Origin: a virus
Taxonomy: Duplodnaviria; Caudoviricetes
Virus record (IMG/VR): IMGVR_UViG_3300025601_000022
Location: 1 to 55,576 of that record
Direction: 5' to 3' (one strand)
DNA length: 55,576 nt
In this document: positions 45,634 to 55,576 of the stretch, piece after piece
How the letters are laid out: the number at the start of each line of letters is the position of its first letter
How positions within the stretch are numbered: the first letter of the stretch is position 1
Made by a program: the position numbers and the translations under genes
Notes under the pieces: model-generated
The model's input: the letters and a program-made list of their open reading frames with translations, nothing else
What the model was told of the DNA's origin: nothing
Database searches by the model: none

Positions 45634-46677
45634 ATGGCCACTCAGGATTACGCGGCTAGCGTTCAAGGTGTGGCGATCCGAGTCACCAGACTGGACGCTG
45701 CTGGAAACTTGCTCAATGAAGCAGGAGATAGCTACACTACTACAGCATTTATGCGAACATCTTTTACCCCTGAATATGAAGAGGGCGACGAAGTTGTTGA
45801 AAAATCTGCGGACGGCACTGTGTGCGTGTCCTACAAGGCTCCCGATACCATGAAACGAATTACAATGGAACTTGCCATTTGTGAGCCAGATACAGAACTG
45901 ACTGCACTTATCTCAGGTGGATTGCTGCTTCGTAAAAACTTTGGAACATTTGCATCGCCTGAAAATAAGAGCATTGGTTGGGCAGCACCATCTGTTGGAG
46001 ATGACCCCACAGGAAATGGTGTCGCTCTAGAATGTTGGTCATTTGCTGTCAAAGATGGTCGTCGTTCTGCATCACTTCCATACTTTCACTGGGTGTTTCC
46101 CTACTGCCGCCTGCGTCAATCAGGCGATCGTGTGATTGAAAACGGAATGCTTGCAACTACGTTCGAGGGCTATGGCCTAGGTAACAATCTGTTTGCAGAC
46201 GGTCTTGATGGCCGCTGGGAGTTCCCTGTAGCCACCGAGCGCTCGTACTCATATGCTCGTACAACATATGCTCCTTCTGGGCTTAAAGGCTTCTATACAT
46301 GGCACAAGGATCTTGCTGCTTCTGTCTCGAACAAGTCTTTGACATCCAATATTGCAACTCTTACCACATCTTCTCCCCACACATATGCTGTAGGACAGAA
46401 AATTGTTGTCGCTGATGTTGACGCAACATTCAATGGTACACACACCATCACTGCAGTACCGTCTGCAACACAGATTAGATTTGCTAAGACAGCAAGTGAT
46501 GTTGTATCAACTGCAGTGTCACCTGCAGGTACCGTGGTCAGAAGCAAAGGATACGCAGCCGTAACAGACATTGATGGTTCACTTACTGAAAACTTCAACG
46601 TTCCAGGTAACGAAACGTATAACGACGAGTTGGATATTGACTTCATTGTTCCATCCGTTGAGGATCCAGTAGCATAA
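45634..46677 (+). CDS. major tail tube protein with an inserted beta-sandwich module
   Basis: IRVTRLD..G, EYEEGDE..K.ADG.VC, ALE.WS, YFHWVFP; followed by a long terminator. Confidence 0.85.
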   Translation: MATQDYAASVQGVAIRVTRLDAAGNLLNEAGDSYTTTAFMRTSFTPEYEEGDEVVEKSADGTVCVSYKAPDTMKRITMELAICEPDTELTALISGGLLLRKNFGTFASPENKSIGWAAPSVGDDPTGNGVALECWSFAVKDGRRSASLPYFHWVFPYCRLRQSGDRVIENGMLATTFEGYGLGNNLFADGLDGRWEFPVATERSYSYARTTYAPSGLKGFYTWHKDLAASVSNKSLTSNIATLTTSSPHTYAVGQKIVVADVDATFNGTHTITAVPSATQIRFAKTASDVVSTAVSPAGTVVRSKGYAAVTDIDGSLTENFNVPGNETYNDELDIDFIVPSVEDPVA

Positions 46678-46682
46678 TTCTA

Positions 46683-46750
46683 AAAAAGAGGGGCGAGTTG
46701 ACGTCCGCTAGTGGTTACACTGTTAGGCGGAACGTTACTCGCTCCTTTTT
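46683..46750. terminator. long bidirectional hairpin terminator
   Basis: AAAAAGAGGGGCGAGT...ACTCGCTCCTTTTTT. Confidence 0.7.
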
Positions 46751-46767
46751 AGATATCGAGGTATATT

Positions 46768-47907
46768 GTGAGTAATCTATGGACTACCGTAGAAGATCTT
46801 GGAGATTTCTCCGAGTCTGACTATGCCTATGATGCTTGCAAAACTGCTTCAAGCATTTTGTGGGCACTCTCTGGTCGAAAATTTAGTGGGGTAACCACGG
46901 TTACAGAACGATATGTATCTCAATTTGATCCTTATTTTAGTACTTCTGGTGCTGGATTTAAGTTTTTTCCTACTCTTGTTGGCGGGGAGACTCAAAACAT
47001 TCCAGTAGGAAGAGATCTTGCTGTCTACGGTAATGACTACCTAGGAGATGGAACTTCTTCTCGTTCACGAGTGCGTCTTAGGGGTCGTAAGGTTATCAAG
47101 GTCCACTGTGTAAGAAATAACGTCGGTGCGATTGTAGACCCTAAAACGTATTATTTAGCAGATCATTCGACTGTTTATGGCGCTCCAGGGTCCAATTGGA
47201 CAGCATTCAACGTTGAGATCACATATTCGTATGGAACACCTCCTCCCTCTTCTGGCAGAGCTGCTGCCCGACTTTTAGCAACAGAGCTAGTGAAAATGTA
47301 CGAAGGAGATGCCACCTGCGCTCTCCCTCAGAGAGTCACGAGTGTTTCTCGTCAGGGAGTAAGTTATACAATTCTAGATAGTCAAGACTTTCTTGATGAC
47401 ATGCGTACAGGGGTATACGCGGTAGATCTGTTTCTTAAGTCTGTTAACCCTGATAAGGCCAGAGCTAGAGCTAGAGTCTTTAGTCCCGACACTCCTAGGG
47501 CCAGAAGGATCACTCCTAAAGCTCCTGCTATTCCTCTCAGCTCATTTGACTTGTACGTTACACCTGAAGGTGGAGCGGTTCTGATCTATCTAGATGAAAT
47601 TGGCGGAGACTTTTTACTAGAAGACTCTTCTTGGACAATTAGTGCTCATGTGTCTGACTGGTCTAATGAGAAAATAGTACAACTTGTTGATGCTACAGAC
47701 CTGGATATAGTAGACGGCACTATACGAGTATCTGCCTCTTATTCAGACATTTCAAATATCATTGGTGCCAGAGATCCAGGAGTGTTGGATATTTATGCAA
47801 CACGTCCAAGTCTAGGCAACCCTGAAATTGATGAAATTATTAATTTAGTCTCCAGCAACGTGCTTTTCCAGCTGGGAGAACGAGTACTACCCATATATAC
47901 TGCATAA
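46768..47907 (+). CDS. head-to-tail adaptor
   Basis: ILWALSGRxF and CxLPxRVTSVSRQGV motifs. Confidence 0.8.
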   Translation: MSNLWTTVEDLGDFSESDYAYDACKTASSILWALSGRKFSGVTTVTERYVSQFDPYFSTSGAGFKFFPTLVGGETQNIPVGRDLAVYGNDYLGDGTSSRSRVRLRGRKVIKVHCVRNNVGAIVDPKTYYLADHSTVYGAPGSNWTAFNVEITYSYGTPPPSSGRAAARLLATELVKMYEGDATCALPQRVTSVSRQGVSYTILDSQDFLDDMRTGVYAVDLFLKSVNPDKARARARVFSPDTPRARRITPKAPAIPLSSFDLYVTPEGGAVLIYLDEIGGDFLLEDSSWTISAHVSDWSNEKIVQLVDATDLDIVDGTIRVSASYSDISNIIGARDPGVLDIYATRPSLGNPEIDEIINLVSSNVLFQLGERVLPIYTA

Positions 47908-47925
47908 AGACGAATTGGAGATGTT

Positions 47926-48435
47926 GTGACTACAAATAGAGACTTATCAAATGTTTCTGAGGATGCAAAAGCCCTTGCAGAGTACCTACAACAGATTTTA
48001 GACAAAACAGTTAATATTTTTGACAGCTACAGTCTTCCTTTGCCAGACAGAAGATACTGGACAATGGCGGATCCTGTCGTAGATTGTGAACAGTTAGTAG
48101 TGTCATTTATTCAAATGTATATTGGTGCTCCTGGGGATGAAGCTACTATGCCTAGACGTTGTATGGACCCTCGCACCGCTACTGTACACATTCAAATTGC
48201 TCGTCAAGTCCCTGTTGTTGGTCCTAGCGGTTCAGCCCCTTCTGCAGCCGTTATTCAAGAAAACTCTCAACTACAAGCATACGACGCTTGGGCCATGATA
48301 CAGAGTGCCGCTGAGTTAGATGCTTGGGAGACATCTGGGGGTTTTGGTCTAGGTGTTATTGCCACCGTAGAGACTTCAGAGCCTGAAGGCGGGTATCAGA
48401 GCACTACATTGACCATTACATCGGCGGTGCCATAA
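47926..48435 (+). CDS. neck/tail completion protein
   Basis: Position in the module; DCxQLVV and PxGG motifs. Confidence 0.65.
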   Translation: MTTNRDLSNVSEDAKALAEYLQQILDKTVNIFDSYSLPLPDRRYWTMADPVVDCEQLVVSFIQMYIGAPGDEATMPRRCMDPRTATVHIQIARQVPVVGPSGSAPSAAVIQENSQLQAYDAWAMIQSAAELDAWETSGGFGLGVIATVETSEPEGGYQSTTLTITSAVP

Positions 48436-48821
48436 TGGTAAATATTGTATTCAGAGAGCCAGTACTTTCTAAATTTTTAGACTCCCCTTCCGGAGAAGTA
48501 GGAAAATATCTTTCCAAAAAAGGTACACAGATTGTCGCTCTTGCTAAGGGACAAGTAGGAGTACGAAGTGGAGCTTTAAGATCTTCTATTCATATGAGGC
48601 ATCTTAGGGACTCAAGGGGTCAATATATTAAAGTAGGGTCCTCAAAAAAATATGCTCGATTGCATCATGAAGGCAGTCGTCCACACATGATTTACCCAAG
48701 AAAAGCAAAAATGCTCAGATTTGTTAGTAGAGGTCAGGTGGTGTATGCGAACTCCGTTCGGCACCCTGGGACCAAAGCAAACAAGTATCTTACGGATCCC
48801 ATGCGTAAGATAGTACGGTAA
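48435..48821 (+). CDS. HK97 gp10-like neck/tail completion protein
   Basis: VxSGxLRxSI...YAxxHHEG..PH.I.P..K.LRF...V.HPGT..N.YL. Confidence 0.85.
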   Translation: MVNIVFREPVLSKFLDSPSGEVGKYLSKKGTQIVALAKGQVGVRSGALRSSIHMRHLRDSRGQYIKVGSSKKYARLHHEGSRPHMIYPRKAKMLRFVSRGQVVYANSVRHPGTKANKYLTDPMRKIVR

Positions 48822-48869
48822 AATAAAGGTAGACCTAGACAAGGTCAACGACACACGAAGGAAGAGAAT

Positions 48870-49223
48870 ATGACATCTAGATTCAAGGATTTTGGCGAAG
48901 ATAGTGGAGTCAATAAGGCCCCACTTTCATTTAAGCTTTATGGAGAAGAGTTTCACTGCGTTCCCGCAATTCAAGGAAGAGTTCTTTTAGACCTCGTTAG
49001 GAAAGCATCTGATGAAAATGATCCCGGTGCTGCTGCAGAAGTAGTAGATGAGTTTTTTAAGAAAACACTTAATGTAGAAAGTTATGAACGATTTGCTGCA
49101 TTGACAAGCGATTCAGAAAAAATTGTCACAGTTGAAACACTGAGTGAAATTACTGGATGGCTGGTATCAGAGTACTCGGAACGCCCTACGAAGGGGCCAG
49201 AAGTCTCCTCCAATGGGGAGTAG
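48870..49223 (+). CDS. tail assembly chaperone (G)
   Basis: Two genes upstream of the TMP; ends WL..xY..RPT. Confidence 0.8.
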   Translation: MTSRFKDFGEDSGVNKAPLSFKLYGEEFHCVPAIQGRVLLDLVRKASDENDPGAAAEVVDEFFKKTLNVESYERFAALTSDSEKIVTVETLSEITGWLVSEYSERPTKGPEVSSNGE

Positions 49224-49618
49224 ATCTTTGGCCCTATGTGAATGGTAAAGCACTTATGAGTGGAATAAGACTTGAAAGCTTAGATGCTTCTGACATGGTT
49301 GATGTTCTTCATTTTATGTTTGAAGAAGATCTGTACGCTGCTACTGGAGAAGAAGCAATTCATAAGTCTAAAATCAGAACCACTCTTTATCGGGAGTTCT
49401 ATAAAAAAGAATATGACTATACAGTAGATGATAGCTCTAATAATTCTTATAGCGCAGATGGATCACTCTTACCCCCTTTAGATGATGAGTTTGGTCTAGA
49501 ACCATTTAACCCTGATAACCCAGTAAAACCAAAAACAAAAGCATTTGTTCCAACAACTAAATTCAGTCCAAACTCTGCTCTACCTTTTGGTAGAGACGTA
49601 GATGCTCCACTCGGTTAG
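49185..49618 (+). CDS. tail assembly chaperone extension (GT), -1 frame
   Basis: Overlapping -1 frame ORF with no good RBS, running to just before the TMP. Confidence 0.65.
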
Positions 49619-49631
49619 GAGGTGATGGCGC

Positions 49632-52600
49632 GTGGCAGTTGTAGGTGATGCATACATTGTTGTACGCGCCATTACCAACCAAGTAAAAGACGACATTAAG
49701 CGCGGATTTGACGGAGCTGATCGAGAGGGTGGAAAAGCCGGTGATGATGCCGGTAAGTCTTTTTCTAAAGGATTTAAAAAATCTATGGGAAGGGGAGGTG
49801 GCGGCGGCGGCGGAGGAATGTTCTCCTCGCTCAGGAGAGATGCAGATCAAGCTAAAATTAAATTTGATCGACTTATTAATACGGGGTACATACTTGGTCC
49901 TGTATTAGCTGGTCTTATTTCTATAGCAACTGGACTAGCTGGAGGTCTGTTTGCATTAGGTTCGCAAGCTGCTGCTGCTGGCCCATCACTTTTAGCTCTT
50001 CTCAATGTATTTTCATCTTTAGCTCAAGCGGGAGGGGTTCTAAAGGTAGCATTTAGTGGTATTGGAGATGCACTAGGAGCAGCAAGTCAAACTTCTGGTG
50101 GCGCTGCTCAAAATATGAGTAAGCAGATTGAAGCTGCTGAAAAAAGAATTGATAATGCTAAAAAAAGAGTTCTTACTGTTCAAAAACAAAATGAGAGAGC
50201 AACACTATCTGCTCGTAAGCAGCAAGAAGATGCAGATAAAGCATATCAAGACAGTATAAACAATCAAACAAAAGCTGCCGAAAGAGTAGTTGAAGCTGAA
50301 AAAAATATTCTTAAGGCTCAAGAAGAAACAACAAAAGCTCGAGAAGAAGCAATTGAAGCAATTCAACAACTCGGATTTGCCTTAGAAGACGCAGTTCTGT
50401 CTGAGCAACGTGCCGTGCTTAACTTTGAAGATGCCAGAGAAGCTCTCGCTAAAGTACAAAATCTTCCACCTAATAACCGAGCTCGACGGGAAGCAGAGCT
50501 TGCTTTTGCTGAAGCAGATTTAAAGCTTCGTAAAGCAAAAGACAACACACTAGACACTCAAAAAGAAGTAGACGACTCGGTTAAAAAGGGTGTTGAAGGT
50601 TCTGATCGAGTAGTGTCCGCTATTGAAAATGAGACAGATGCTAAAAAAGCTCTCGCTAATGCTCAAGAAGGTGTTGAACAAGCTGCTATAGCTGTTACAG
50701 AAGCTATACAAGGTCAGGCAGATGCTACAAATAATTTGACTGCAACTGTTGAAGAGAATAAAGCTCGCATGGCAGAAGCAAAAGAGTCACTTTTAGACGC
50801 TAAAGATGCTTTAAAAGACTTAAAAAGTGAGACAGGGGGCGCTAGTGGTGGTGTAGACAAGTTTGCAGAAGCTATGGCAAAACTTTCTCCTAATGCTCAA
50901 GGCTTTGTTCGAGAACTTATCAGCATAAAAGAAGAATTTAAAGAAGTTAAACTTGCTACTCAAGAAGCACTCTTTGGCACCTTAACAAAAGATGTTAGCA
51001 AACTAGCGGATGTGTGGTTTCCTAAGCTAAAAGCACTTATGCCAGACACTGCTACTGAAATCGGCAAAGTAGCTACTAAGCTCACAAACGTTCTTACTGA
51101 GAGCGGAAATATTGGGCAAATTGAAAACATCTGGAAAAGCAACGATGTACTTATTAGCAGTTTTGGTGGGGCTACCGCAAACTTAGTAGATATTTTTATT
51201 GATCTTATGGAAGCTGCTGCCCCCCTTGCTGAAGAATTCGCCGCTTGGATCGAAACACTTACGGGTGGTTGGAAAGAGACCGTAAATGCTGATAGAGAAT
51301 CAGGAAAACTTTCAAAAACTTTAACAGATTCTGCGGGGGTTGCTAAAGTTCTTGCTGGAGTTTTTGGAGATTTATTCGCAACTATCGGGAATATTGGAAA
51401 AGCAGCCGCCGGTCCAGGATCAGGCGGAGAAATGCTTCTTAATATGCTCAAAAAGGTTACAGGTAAATGGAAAGAGTTTACTGGAAGTGAAGAGGGACAA
51501 GCAAGACTAGAAAAATTTTTTATAGGTATTGTCCCTCTTGTCTCTGAAGTTGGTGGGCTTATTGCCGATATCGGTAAAGCTTTTTTTGAGTTGACGGAAA
51601 GCAGCGCTAATGCTGAAGGCGGAGACCCTACTGCAAAATTTGTTGAATCGCTGAGAAATGTTGTTGCAATTTTTGCAGAAATAGGTCCAGATCTAGTAGG
51701 GGTGCTCCCTACAATTGGTGAAGGCTTTGAGGCAGCTGCGCAGGCCATCGTTAACCTTACCAGCGGTGGCGCTCTTGAAGCATTCTTTGGCTTTTTGACA
51801 AAGTTTGCAGAGTTTGCAGAAGACATTACAGGAAGTCCCGTATTTCAAAAAATCTTTGCTATCGTGGCCCCGGCTTTTGCACTGAGTCGCGCGTTCTCTC
51901 TTGTTTTTAAGTTTGCTCGTTTTCTATTCTTAGGTGCAATCATAGGAAACATTACAAAGTTTGCCGGAGCCTTTTCAGCTTTAAAAAGTGCAGTGAGTGC
52001 TGTCCTTTTCAATATTAAATTACTCTTTTTTACTTTTGGAACAGGTCCAGTACTTTTATTTACAGCCGTTATTATTGGTCTTGTTGCAGCGTTTGTCGCA
52101 ATGTGGAATGAATCAGAGATTTTTCGTGAAGCAATAAAGGACCTAATCGACAATGTTATACAAAGAGCAATTGAAATTTTTGAAAGACTAAAGGCTAAAG
52201 TAGAAGAAGCTTTGAAACCTCTTGGTGGAACATCTGGTGTAGTTGACAAGCTTAAGGTAGCTTTTAAATTTCTTGGTGACATCATAGGTAAGTATATTAT
52301 TCCGCTCTTCGAGGGAGGACTAAAAAATGCACTTGATATAATTGGTGCAATTTTTGGAACAATTATTGACACTATTGGTAAATTTATTGCTGCTTTTATG
52401 AGAATCTTTAATGGTATTAAAGAGGGGGATATTAGTGAAATTTTTGCTGGTATCGTTGATGCAATTATTGCGCCATTTAGTGCCTTAATAGGCAACCTAG
52501 TAGATCTTTTCACCCGAATTTGGGACAATGTCATCTCTGCCGTAAAAAAAGTTCTCGGTATCGCCAGTCCTTCGCAAGTATTTACAGACATTGCTACAGC

Positions 52601-53456
52601 AATTTTTGATGCCATTATTGGTGTAATTACTTTTCTACCTGAAAAATTCTTAGAGTTCTTCACTACTATGTGGACTAATGTCACTGATTTTGTCACAAAT
52701 ACTATAGGCCCTGAGCTAGTAAAACTTCCAGGAAGAATAACAGGGTGGATTTCGGGCCTCTGGGATGAATTTTTAAAGAGGTTAGAAGTTATCTGGGGTA
52801 GAATTGTTTCCTTTATAGATATAGCCGGAAAAGTTGGACTATTTATTTTAGGTCTTCCAGGTAAGTTTGGTAAATGGCTAAGAGGGATTTGGGATACTTT
52901 CTATGAATTTCTTACCGGGCCAGACGGTCCTTGGGAGAAAGTTAAAGCTTTCTTTGGCGATAATGGCCCGATAGCAAAATTCGTTAGAGCCATTCCGGGA
53001 GCTGTAAAGGATTGGCTTGATGGCCTATGGGACCCAATGGTAACTGGAATTAAAGCTGCTTGGGGCTTAGTAAAAGACTTTTGGAACACTTCTATTGGTG
53101 GAAAAACAGTCGGACTTGATTTTCCAGATTGGATAAGTAGGGTTCCAGGTTTTTCTTGGGTGCCAAAAGAATTTAAATTTACTATCCCTAAACTGTTAGC
53201 TGACGGGGGTGTAGTTTCTGCTAGTAGAGGAGGGACTCTAGCAGTTATTGGCGAAGGAGGACGGTCTGAGCGAGTAGAGCCTCTTGATCCGGACGGGCTA
53301 TCTAAACGAGACAAAGCAATGATTACTCTTCTATCTGGCGGGAGTGCAGGAGGAGCTACAATTAACGTGTATCCTTCCGAGGGAATGGACGAAAGAGAAT
53401 TGGCACAAAAGGTGTCACGAGAACTAGCATTTATGATGCGTAGAGGAACTCTGTAA
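49632..53456 (+). CDS. tape measure protein
   Basis: MAVVGxAYIxV start, coiled coil, AMAKLSPNA, Trp/Phe-periodic repeats, LADGG...IGEGG..E C-terminus. Confidence 0.92.
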   Translation: MAVVGDAYIVVRAITNQVKDDIKRGFDGADREGGKAGDDAGKSFSKGFKKSMGRGGGGGGGGMFSSLRRDADQAKIKFDRLINTGYILGPVLAGLISIATGLAGGLFALGSQAAAAGPSLLALLNVFSSLAQAGGVLKVAFSGIGDALGAASQTSGGAAQNMSKQIEAAEKRIDNAKKRVLTVQKQNERATLSARKQQEDADKAYQDSINNQTKAAERVVEAEKNILKAQEETTKAREEAIEAIQQLGFALEDAVLSEQRAVLNFEDAREALAKVQNLPPNNRARREAELAFAEADLKLRKAKDNTLDTQKEVDDSVKKGVEGSDRVVSAIENETDAKKALANAQEGVEQAAIAVTEAIQGQADATNNLTATVEENKARMAEAKESLLDAKDALKDLKSETGGASGGVDKFAEAMAKLSPNAQGFVRELISIKEEFKEVKLATQEALFGTLTKDVSKLADVWFPKLKALMPDTATEIGKVATKLTNVLTESGNIGQIENIWKSNDVLISSFGGATANLVDIFIDLMEAAAPLAEEFAAWIETLTGGWKETVNADRESGKLSKTLTDSAGVAKVLAGVFGDLFATIGNIGKAAAGPGSGGEMLLNMLKKVTGKWKEFTGSEEGQARLEKFFIGIVPLVSEVGGLIADIGKAFFELTESSANAEGGDPTAKFVESLRNVVAIFAEIGPDLVGVLPTIGEGFEAAAQAIVNLTSGGALEAFFGFLTKFAEFAEDITGSPVFQKIFAIVAPAFALSRAFSLVFKFARFLFLGAIIGNITKFAGAFSALKSAVSAVLFNIKLLFFTFGTGPVLLFTAVIIGLVAAFVAMWNESEIFREAIKDLIDNVIQRAIEIFERLKAKVEEALKPLGGTSGVVDKLKVAFKFLGDIIGKYIIPLFEGGLKNALDIIGAIFGTIIDTIGKFIAAFMRIFNGIKEGDISEIFAGIVDAIIAPFSALIGNLVDLFTRIWDNVISAVKKVLGIASPSQVFTDIATAIFDAIIGVITFLPEKFLEFFTTMWTNVTDFVTNTIGPELVKLPGRITGWISGLWDEFLKRLEVIWGRIVSFIDIAGKVGLFILGLPGKFGKWLRGIWDTFYEFLTGPDGPWEKVKAFFGDNGPIAKFVRAIPGAVKDWLDGLWDPMVTGIKAAWGLVKDFWNTSIGGKTVGLDFPDWISRVPGFSWVPKEFKFTIPKLLADGGVVSASRGGTLAVIGEGGRSERVEPLDPDGLSKRDKAMITLLSGGSAGGATINVYPSEGMDERELAQKVSRELAFMMRRGTL

Positions 53457-55576
53457 TGGCTACTGAAGAACAGCTACAGCGCGGAATAGAGCAAGCACGA
53501 GAAAACGCTATCGTTAATAAGTCTCTTACAAATGTAAAGCAGCCTAAGTTTACTAACCTTAAACTTCAAAGAGACATAATTCTTGGGGACTTTATTTTTA
53601 ACACTATTGATGATTATGGTGTTGTATGGGTCATTACAGATATTGATGGGTGGTGGACTCCACCTGAAGCAGATATGCCAGAAATCCCTCGAGGTTATGG
53701 CGACGGATCCTACGACGTACAAGGCAGATATGTAGCCAGATCACTTAACTTAAAAGGTGTATTTCTCACTCCCGACTCTTCTTTGGTTGAAGCCGCCCGA
53801 GATCGACTAACCGCTGCTACTGATCTTGTCTATCGAGGTACTTGGCTGCTAGCGGGAACTGACCCTATTCGCGCATCTTTCGTTCGACTCTCAAGCGGTC
53901 CAAAGATAGCTACAGTAAATGCAAGAGGCCGTACCGAATTTGAGATCCCGCTAAGGGCACCAGACCCTATCAAATATGCGTGGAACGATTCTCAACCTGA
54001 CGGCTACGAGACAATAGAAATCTCTGCACTTAAGTATGGAGATACTCTTTCTGGTTCCGGAATTGTCAATAATATTGGAAACTATAAAGTCCCTGCAATC
54101 TTAGAAGTTAGCGGTCCTGTAGTCGCGCCAGCAACAATCTACAATAGAACTACAGATGAACTTATCATTCTGACTACTGGTTTTGGTGGGTCACTTAGTG
54201 CAAGAATTGAAAATGTTCAGCTTTCGTTTGATCAAAATATTCTCGAAGATATGGCAACAATTACAACAAGAAATCCTCATGGATTCTCTGTAGGAAGCGA
54301 GATCACTGTTTCAGGAGTTAATGAAACATTTGATGGGACGTATACAATCAGAAGTATCCCTACAGAAACTACTTTTAAGTACTCGAGACTGCCCAGGGTT
54401 TCTGACATCAAACAAGTTTTGTATCGTTCATTAATCAGCAATATTGCTAAAATTGAAACAACTACAAATCATGGATTCTCTATTGGAAATGAAATTCTTA
54501 TTTCTAATGTAGACAGCGTATTTGATGGTACGTACAGTATTACATCTATTCCTAATTTGACATCATTCACTTATCAAACAACACGAGTCCCCGTTGCTCC
54601 TGTTACAGGTAAAATTCTTGTTTCTAATATTGCAACTCTTACCACATCTGCTCCTCACGGATTTCTTGTCGGAGAGCAAGTAAATATTTTGGGAGTAGAT
54701 GATATTAATTTCAATGGAGTTTACGTTATTTCTTCCGTATCTTCTGACGGATTAAAATTTAGTTATGCAAAAAGTAGAACAAACTCTAAAACTATTCTAA
54801 CATCTGTAATTGCTTCTTTGCAAGCAACAATTACTACGTCAGGTAGTCACGGATTTTCTGTAGGTGAGCAAGTAAATATCACCGATATGTCTCAGGCATA
54901 CGGAGGATCTTTTACTGTTAGTGCACTTCCCACCCTAAACTCTTTTACATTTTTTAGAGACAGATCCACTAAAAGCTCGGTAATATCTAAGGCAATTGCA
55001 TCTGCCGTTGCTACTCTCACAACATCAACTCCGCACGGGGTACTGCCTGGGGAAAAGATTATTGTAAAAGACTCCAATGTTGGATCACCTGCAGTATTTA
55101 ATGGAGAGTTTACCGTAATATCTACTCCAAGTAGTACTGCTCTATCCTATAACAGATCAGGAATAGAAAACATTATTCCTACAGTAGTTTCAGGTGGGTC
55201 GATTTCTCCTAGCTCTAGATGGATCGTTAGAAAAAATTTAATTGGAAGCGTTGCCACACTTACTACGCTAAGTGCACACGGGATTCTTGTGGGCGAGTCT
55301 GTTCAAATAAATAATGTTGATGCTACATTCAACGGTGCATACCAGGTTACTGCTGTGTCGCAAAATACTTTTAGTTTCACGAAGGCTTCTGCTAACGTAT
55401 CAGACTCTTCTACAGCGATTGCCATTGTAAACATTGAAAGATCTGGAACTACTGCAACTATTACTACAGGGGGTAATCATGGATTCCCTTCTGGAAGCGA
55501 ATTATTAATAGGAAATATAGCAATCTCTTCACTTAATGGGTATTACACTGTCACTGTTCCTGCTGCAAATCAGTTG
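53456..55576 (+). CDS. distal tail (Dit-like) protein with at least 7 beta-sandwich repeats, truncated by the window end
   Basis: TAATG coupling; ORF open to the window end (so missing from the track). D.YGV.W..IDGWW..P, DG and L.APDP.KY Dit motifs, then repeats ATxTT..HG..G....V...FxG.Y.I. Confidence 0.85.
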   Translation, partial: MATEEQLQRGIEQARENAIVNKSLTNVKQPKFTNLKLQRDIILGDFIFNTIDDYGVVWVITDIDGWWTPPEADMPEIPRGYGDGSYDVQGRYVARSLNLKGVFLTPDSSLVEAARDRLTAATDLVYRGTWLLAGTDPIRASFVRLSSGPKIATVNARGRTEFEIPLRAPDPIKYAWNDSQPDGYETIEISALKYGDTLSGSGIVNNIGNYKVPAILEVSGPVVAPATIYNRTTDELIILTTGFGGSLSARIENVQLSFDQNILEDMATITTRNPHGFSVGSEITVSGVNETFDGTYTIRSIPTETTFKYSRLPRVSDIKQVLYRSLISNIAKIETTTNHGFSIGNEILISNVDSVFDGTYSITSIPNLTSFTYQTTRVPVAPVTGKILVSNIATLTTSAPHGFLVGEQVNILGVDDINFNGVYVISSVSSDGLKFSYAKSRTNSKTILTSVIASLQATITTSGSHGFSVGEQVNITDMSQAYGGSFTVSALPTLNSFTFFRDRSTKSSVISKAIASAVATLTTSTPHGVLPGEKIIVKDSNVGSPAVFNGEFTVISTPSSTALSYNRSGIENIIPTVVSGGSISPSSRWIVRKNLIGSVATLTTLSAHGILVGESVQINNVDATFNGAYQVTAVSQNTFSFTKASANVSDSSTAIAIVNIERSGTTATITTGGNHGFPSGSELLIGNIAISSLNGYYTVTVPAANQL

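Noticed and set aside
50960-52696. Long minus-strand ORFs (288 and 283 aa) inside the tape measure gene
   Set aside because: Antisense shadows of a codon-biased gene, with no RBS or recognisable motifs. The same applies to most other antisense ORFs in the track.

Overview
This window is part of a large tailed-phage (siphovirus-like) genome, most likely from an actinobacterial host. That inference rests on a cluster-B-like head/tail module, DUF1360, leaderless starts and a 6C-like RNA. It has three parts. (1) 1-16.4 kb is a rightward early/accessory region of about 40 small genes with many sigma-70/SigA-type promoters, a MoxR AAA+/VWA pair, a proteasome-type Ntn protease, a dual-HTH protein and tRNA-Arg(UCU). 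It holds about 44 copies of an asymmetric motif (CTTAGTAGCAC, core TAGTAGCA), five copies of the palindrome AGAAAAAA(T/C)GTTTTTTCT, and several small structured RNAs with C-rich (CCCCUU) loops, while the local ribosome-binding sites are AGGGG-type. (2) 16.4-19.4 kb has five leftward one-gene cassettes followed by a strand-asymmetric repeat region, a candidate genome end or origin. (3) 19.5 kb to the end is the late virion module: portal, Dps, a 3770-aa polyvalent protein (SF1 helicase, zincin, ART-like and glycosylase-like domains), a ~1600-aa multidomain prohead protease, scaffold-fused major capsid protein, tail tube, connectors, frameshifted tail chaperones, tape measure and a truncated distal tail protein. 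The best candidates for undescribed systems are (a) C-loop sRNAs matched to AAGGGG RBSs and leader loops, (b) the dense TAGTAGCA operator network with two dual-HTH paralogs, and (c) a head polyprotein cargo system marked by recurring [LIV][TV]A[AS] sites and QxRDxxGRF tags. All family assignments come from motifs recognised by eye. No searches were run.
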